DNA of 37,335 bases from an uncultured Candidatus Bathyarchaeia archaeon (lineage in GTDB: Archaea > Thermoproteota > Bathyarchaeia > Bathyarchaeales > Bathyarchaeaceae), in NCBI GenBank assembly GCA_964647775.1, contig CAZYJH010000001.1, positions 1 through 37,335 of the forward strand, read 5' to 3'. Both the position numbers and the translations under genes were made by a program. The notes beneath the pieces are model-generated. The model worked only from the letters and a program-made list of their open reading frames with translations. It ran no database searches and had not been told where the DNA came from. This document shows, piece by piece, positions 34,655 through 37,335 of the stretch. Each line of letters starts with the position of its first letter. The stretch's first letter is position 1.

Positions 34655-35063
34655 TATGCCAAAAAAAGAATTCATGTATCGCGGTCATTCGATTGAGGAG
34701 CTGCAAGGCATGTCCATGGACGAGTTCATCAAGTTGCTTCCGTCGCGGCAGCGTCGAAGCCTACAGCGGGGACTCAGCCCGGGACAGAGGACACTCCTAG
34801 AGAACATCAGAACAGCAAAAAAAAGTCAGACTGAAGGAGAAAAAGCGTCAACCAAAACCCACGCCCGCGACATGATAGTCCTGCCGGAAATGGTGGGAGT
34901 CACTCTTCTGATTCACAACGGAAAAGAGTTCACGTCAGTGGATATTGTGCCAGAAATGGTTGGCTGCTACTTGGGAGAGTTTGCCATCACCAACAAGCCA
35001 GTGAGGCACGGTTCTCCAGGTATCGGCGCATCCAGGTCTTCAATGTATGTGCCGCTGAAGTAG
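34655..35063 (+). CDS. rps19: 30S ribosomal protein uS19 (S19p/S15e)
   Basis: [31 protein letters not shown] and [23 protein letters not shown] closely parallel eukaryotic S15 and archaeal S19. The ORF opens at GTG 34641, but that GTG lies inside GGGGGTGA (34637-34644), so ATG 34655 is preferred. Confidence 0.92.
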
Positions 35064-35185
35064 AAACGTGACAAAGCACAAAAACGTAGTCACTCAAGTT
35101 TTTGCTGTATCCGAAAGCGTGGCTTCCAGTGTGTGGGGTCAACGCTACGGAAGTTTTTTTCTGTCAAAAATTGTGGTCTGCTAGT

Positions 35186-35629
35186 TTAGGCTCTGTATGT
35201 TGGTTCAGACTGTTTCTTTTTTGGGGCTGGACCAATTTTTGGGAGTGGAATGGGCGGGGGAATGTTTAGGGTTCGGCATATGAGCACAGACTCCAAGAAA
35301 ACAATGTTAGATATGGACTGGAGGATAATGGGTGGAGGAGGCTTCTTTTCTTTATGCTCCTTAAGAATCTGCTCCAGTTCATCCTCTGACCCTGTCACAT
35401 GGCTTTTCCCCTTTAGGCTGATTTGAGCCACGCCCGGAGTGTAATTTATTGTGAAAACAAAGGGAACCTCCAGCATCTCGTCCTCTTTCTTGTTGATTCC
35501 AACAACGTTAAGGTTGGTGGATATCTGAACAGGGGGGATGGGCTTTCCGATGTCCCAGAAATTTTCAGCGGAAATGTTTTTCACAAAAACTCTTACATTA
35601 ATCATCTTCAGACCGTCCGCCCTAATCAC
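35186..35629 (-). CDS. Hypothetical protein with a SecB-like sequence pattern and poly-Pro segments
   Basis: INVRVFVKNISAEN..., LEVPFVFTINYT, a helix ELEQILKEHKEKK, then PPPPIILQSISNIVFLESVLICRTLNIPPPIPLPKI. It lies downstream of S27ae on the same strand. Confidence 0.55.
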   Translation of the reverse strand: MIRADGLKMINVRVFVKNISAENFWDIGKPIPPVQISTNLNVVGINKKEDEMLEVPFVFTINYTPGVAQISLKGKSHVTGSEDELEQILKEHKEKKPPPPIILQSISNIVFLESVLICRTLNIPPPIPLPKIGPAPKKKQSEPTYRA

Positions 35630-35664
35630 GGTATGCCAAGCTTCACTATTAAAACTTGGCTAAT

Positions 35665-35868
35665 TTAGGGCTGCTCTTTGTATCGAGTTAAACCGCAGTG
35701 TCCACACGTGAAACGGTCACCGTGATCCGCCATGAAGTATCCGGGTCCGCACCGTTCACAGCTGGGACGCAGTCTTTTGACTCCATTTCCTTCAATTTGG
35801 TAGTATGAAGCTATTCCACTTCGCTTCTTCTTTTTTGGTGCTTTTTCTGCTGCTTCTTTTTTCGGCAA
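35665..35868 (-). CDS. rps27ae: 30S ribosomal protein eS31 (S27ae)
   Basis: Lys-rich N-terminus, YYQIEGNGVKRLRPSCERCGPGYFMADHGDRFTCGHCGLT zinc ribbon. Confidence 0.9.
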   Translation of the reverse strand: MPKKEAAEKAPKKKKRSGIASYYQIEGNGVKRLRPSCERCGPGYFMADHGDRFTCGHCGLTRYKEQP

Positions 35869-35869
35869 C

Positions 35870-36217
35870 TTAACTTTCCTCCTCTTCTTCCTCTGCTGAT
35901 TCTTCTGGAGCTTGCGCCTCAGGCTTTTCTGGGACTACGTTTCTGGCGAGTATATGCTCAGGTTCAATGAGCTTAGCCTGCTCAAGTGAATCGTAGGCGT
36001 TAGCTTCGCCGACCGCAACCATTGTGCCCGTTTTTGTTTCTAACTTTTTAACATAAATCAACTCAAGCTTTGTTTTCAGCAGGGCTGCAAGCTGTGTCCT
36101 AACTTCAGCGCGGCTTGGAGTGCCTCCATTCTGGTCATGTTCGATGCTGAAGGTTACTTCCGTTCTTTTTATTAGAGGATTCTGCTTTTTCGAGACGATT
36201 TTAAGCTTCATTAACAC
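35870..36217 (-). CDS. rps24e: 30S ribosomal protein eS24
   Basis: NPLIKRTEVTFSIEHDQNGGTPSRAEVRTQLAALL, with an acidic tail. The gene sits immediately upstream of S27ae, as in many archaea. Confidence 0.9.
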   Translation of the reverse strand: MLMKLKIVSKKQNPLIKRTEVTFSIEHDQNGGTPSRAEVRTQLAALLKTKLELIYVKKLETKTGTMVAVGEANAYDSLEQAKLIEPEHILARNVVPEKPEAQAPEESAEEEEEES

Positions 36218-36255
36218 ACTTCCGAAGGTTGGTGATTTGACACATTCGCCGTACT

Positions 36256-36696
36256 TTAGCTTTTCGAAGAATCCTCCATCAAATCCACGATACGCCGCAT
36301 CCTTTCCTGCGCTTCCTCGGTAACCTTAACCACAACAACTCCCACCTGAGGCTGACCATAAACCACAAAGGCACCAGCGGGCGCAGACAACACAGTCACA
36401 ATGGTGAGCAGATCCTCTTCGCCATCAATAATCACCTTTGTTCGCCCTTTCTCTTCGATAGCTTGCCGTATCGCAGCCCAAGCCTCGTCAGTTATGGCTC
36501 CCGGAGGATTAGATGCATAAAATGTCTTGTCAACATCAACAACTATGGGCTGGATTGGTTTCCGCATCGTCTTGTTGTCAACCACCAGAACATCCAAAGA
36601 GATGCCGTGTTCAAGTATGTGAGATGAAACTATGTCACCCACAGAAATAATTAATGAAGGCTTTGCTATCTCAACAAGCTCTTTCAGCCTCTTCAT
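36256..36696 (-). CDS. DUF359 protein, GTP-dependent dephospho-CoA kinase family
   Basis: SVGDIVSSHILEHGI...VVDNKTMRK...IDGEEDLL. It occupies the conserved position between spt4 and rps24e. Confidence 0.8.
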   Translation of the reverse strand: MKRLKELVEIAKPSLIISVGDIVSSHILEHGISLDVLVVDNKTMRKPIQPIVVDVDKTFYASNPPGAITDEAWAAIRQAIEEKGRTKVIIDGEEDLLTIVTVLSAPAGAFVVYGQPQVGVVVVKVTEEAQERMRRIVDLMEDSSKS

Positions 36697-36786
36697 TGTC
36701 TCCTGAAAGGAACCTGCAATCAGTAGCCCCTGAGGCTCCTTCAGTTCCTTACGCAGGTCATCGGTTAGGAGACGAATTCTGGTTAC

Positions 36787-36972
36787 CTACCTTACTCGTA
36801 GCGCGTAGTGCCCTTTCTTCTTCACTTCCATGGCGCGGGCAATAGCCGAGCCCTCAGGGTCAATGATTACAACTATGCCAGAGAAGTCGTCGCTTAGGTT
36901 GCTGGTGTTACAGCTGGGACAAATAGAACCATCGGATATCAAGTGGCACTCGCGGCACGCTTTATCTGTCAT
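36787..36972 (-). CDS. spt4: Transcription elongation factor Spt4 (RpoE'')
   Basis: [17 protein letters not shown] zinc ribbon followed by [16 protein letters not shown]. It has a 4-nt ATGA overlap with the upstream rpo7. Confidence 0.88.
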   Translation of the reverse strand: MTDKACRECHLISDGSICPSCNTSNLSDDFSGIVVIIDPEGSAIARAMEVKKKGHYALRVR

Positions 36973-37335
36973 TTCTTTGATGCTCCTTCCTGTTTAGCCT
37001 CGCCTGACACTTCCGCATCAGCGCCTTCCGACTTTTCCACATCCTTCTGAATCCACTCAATCTTTCCAAGAAAAGGCTGCCTAGCAGTTACACCTATCTT
37101 GCCGGAACCTCCGCTACGACCCAAAGAGACAGCTGTTATGCGAACCCGCACACGGTCGCCAGTCTTGAGTTGCCGCTTCGTTTCTTTTCCCATCAGCACT
37201 CCTTGTCGCTCATCATAGGAAATGTAATCATCCATCAGCTGAGACACGTGAAGGAGCGCGTCAACAGGTCCTATACGGATGAAGGCGCCGAACTCCGCTA
37301 TTTCCACAACTTCTCCCTCGATGACTTCCTGAATC
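36969..37335 (-). CDS. rpoE: DNA-directed RNA polymerase subunit Rpo7 (RpoE'), C-terminal S1 domain; 5' part outside the window
   Basis: The frame stays open to the right edge ([32 protein letters not shown]). This is the S1-fold pattern of Rpo7. Confidence 0.88.
   Translation of the reverse strand, partial: IQEVIEGEVVEIAEFGAFIRIGPVDALLHVSQLMDDYISYDERQGVLMGKETKRQLKTGDRVRVRITAVSLGRSGGSGKIGVTARQPFLGKIEWIQKDVEKSEGADAEVSGEAKQEGASKK

Noticed and set aside
1-37335. CRISPR array or other long tandem repeat arrays
   Set aside because: No regularly spaced direct repeats of 24-40 nt were seen. The only tandem repeats are the 13-bp x2 at 19101-19126 and the TTCCAC(C)TTTTTG x2 at 11872-11896.

Overview
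This is an archaeal chromosomal segment. Archaeal markers are the rpo7(rpoE')-spt4-DUF359/DPCK-S24e-S27ae operon, ABCE1, KEOPS Cgi121, an archaeosortase-like gene and a tRNA-Glu. AT-rich TATA-like boxes sit about 25-35 nt upstream of several starts, and some genes have GGAGGTGA-type ribosome-binding sites. A response regulator with a four-CxxC zinc-ribbon output domain suggests a TACK/Thermoproteota-related lineage such as Bathyarchaeia; that placement is inference. I call about 47 protein genes and one tRNA. I saw no rRNA, CRISPR array, transposase or integrase.

Most of the window is housekeeping:
- purine/MTA salvage
- t6A genes
- RtcA
- HtpX
- Mrp/ApbC
- NikR
- ribosomal proteins

The parts that look accessory or unexplained:
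1. The left-end operon (PAS kinase, CheY, REC-zinc-ribbon regulator, processive GT2 synthase) lies tail-to-tail with an archaeosortase-like gene.
2. A 48-nt element (44/48 identical) occurs twice in inverted orientation 29 kb apart, at 5370-5417 and 34536-34583. Each copy lies between a gene end and the next promoter.
3. A very AT-rich stretch follows the tRNA. It holds poorly supported ORFs, a beta-sandwich surface protein, a GH3-family amido synthetase and a 7TM kinase whose first helix is start-less or out of frame.
4. A 12-bp perfect closing stem encloses about 100 nt in a gene-free convergent spacer (12091-12218), a candidate structured RNA.
5. Twin 16-bp palindromes precede a possible 44-codon ORF at 21837-22075.
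6. An AT-rich pair of acyltransferase-3 and SGNH genes resembles a split OatA.

All functional calls come from motif recognition by eye. No database search was run.
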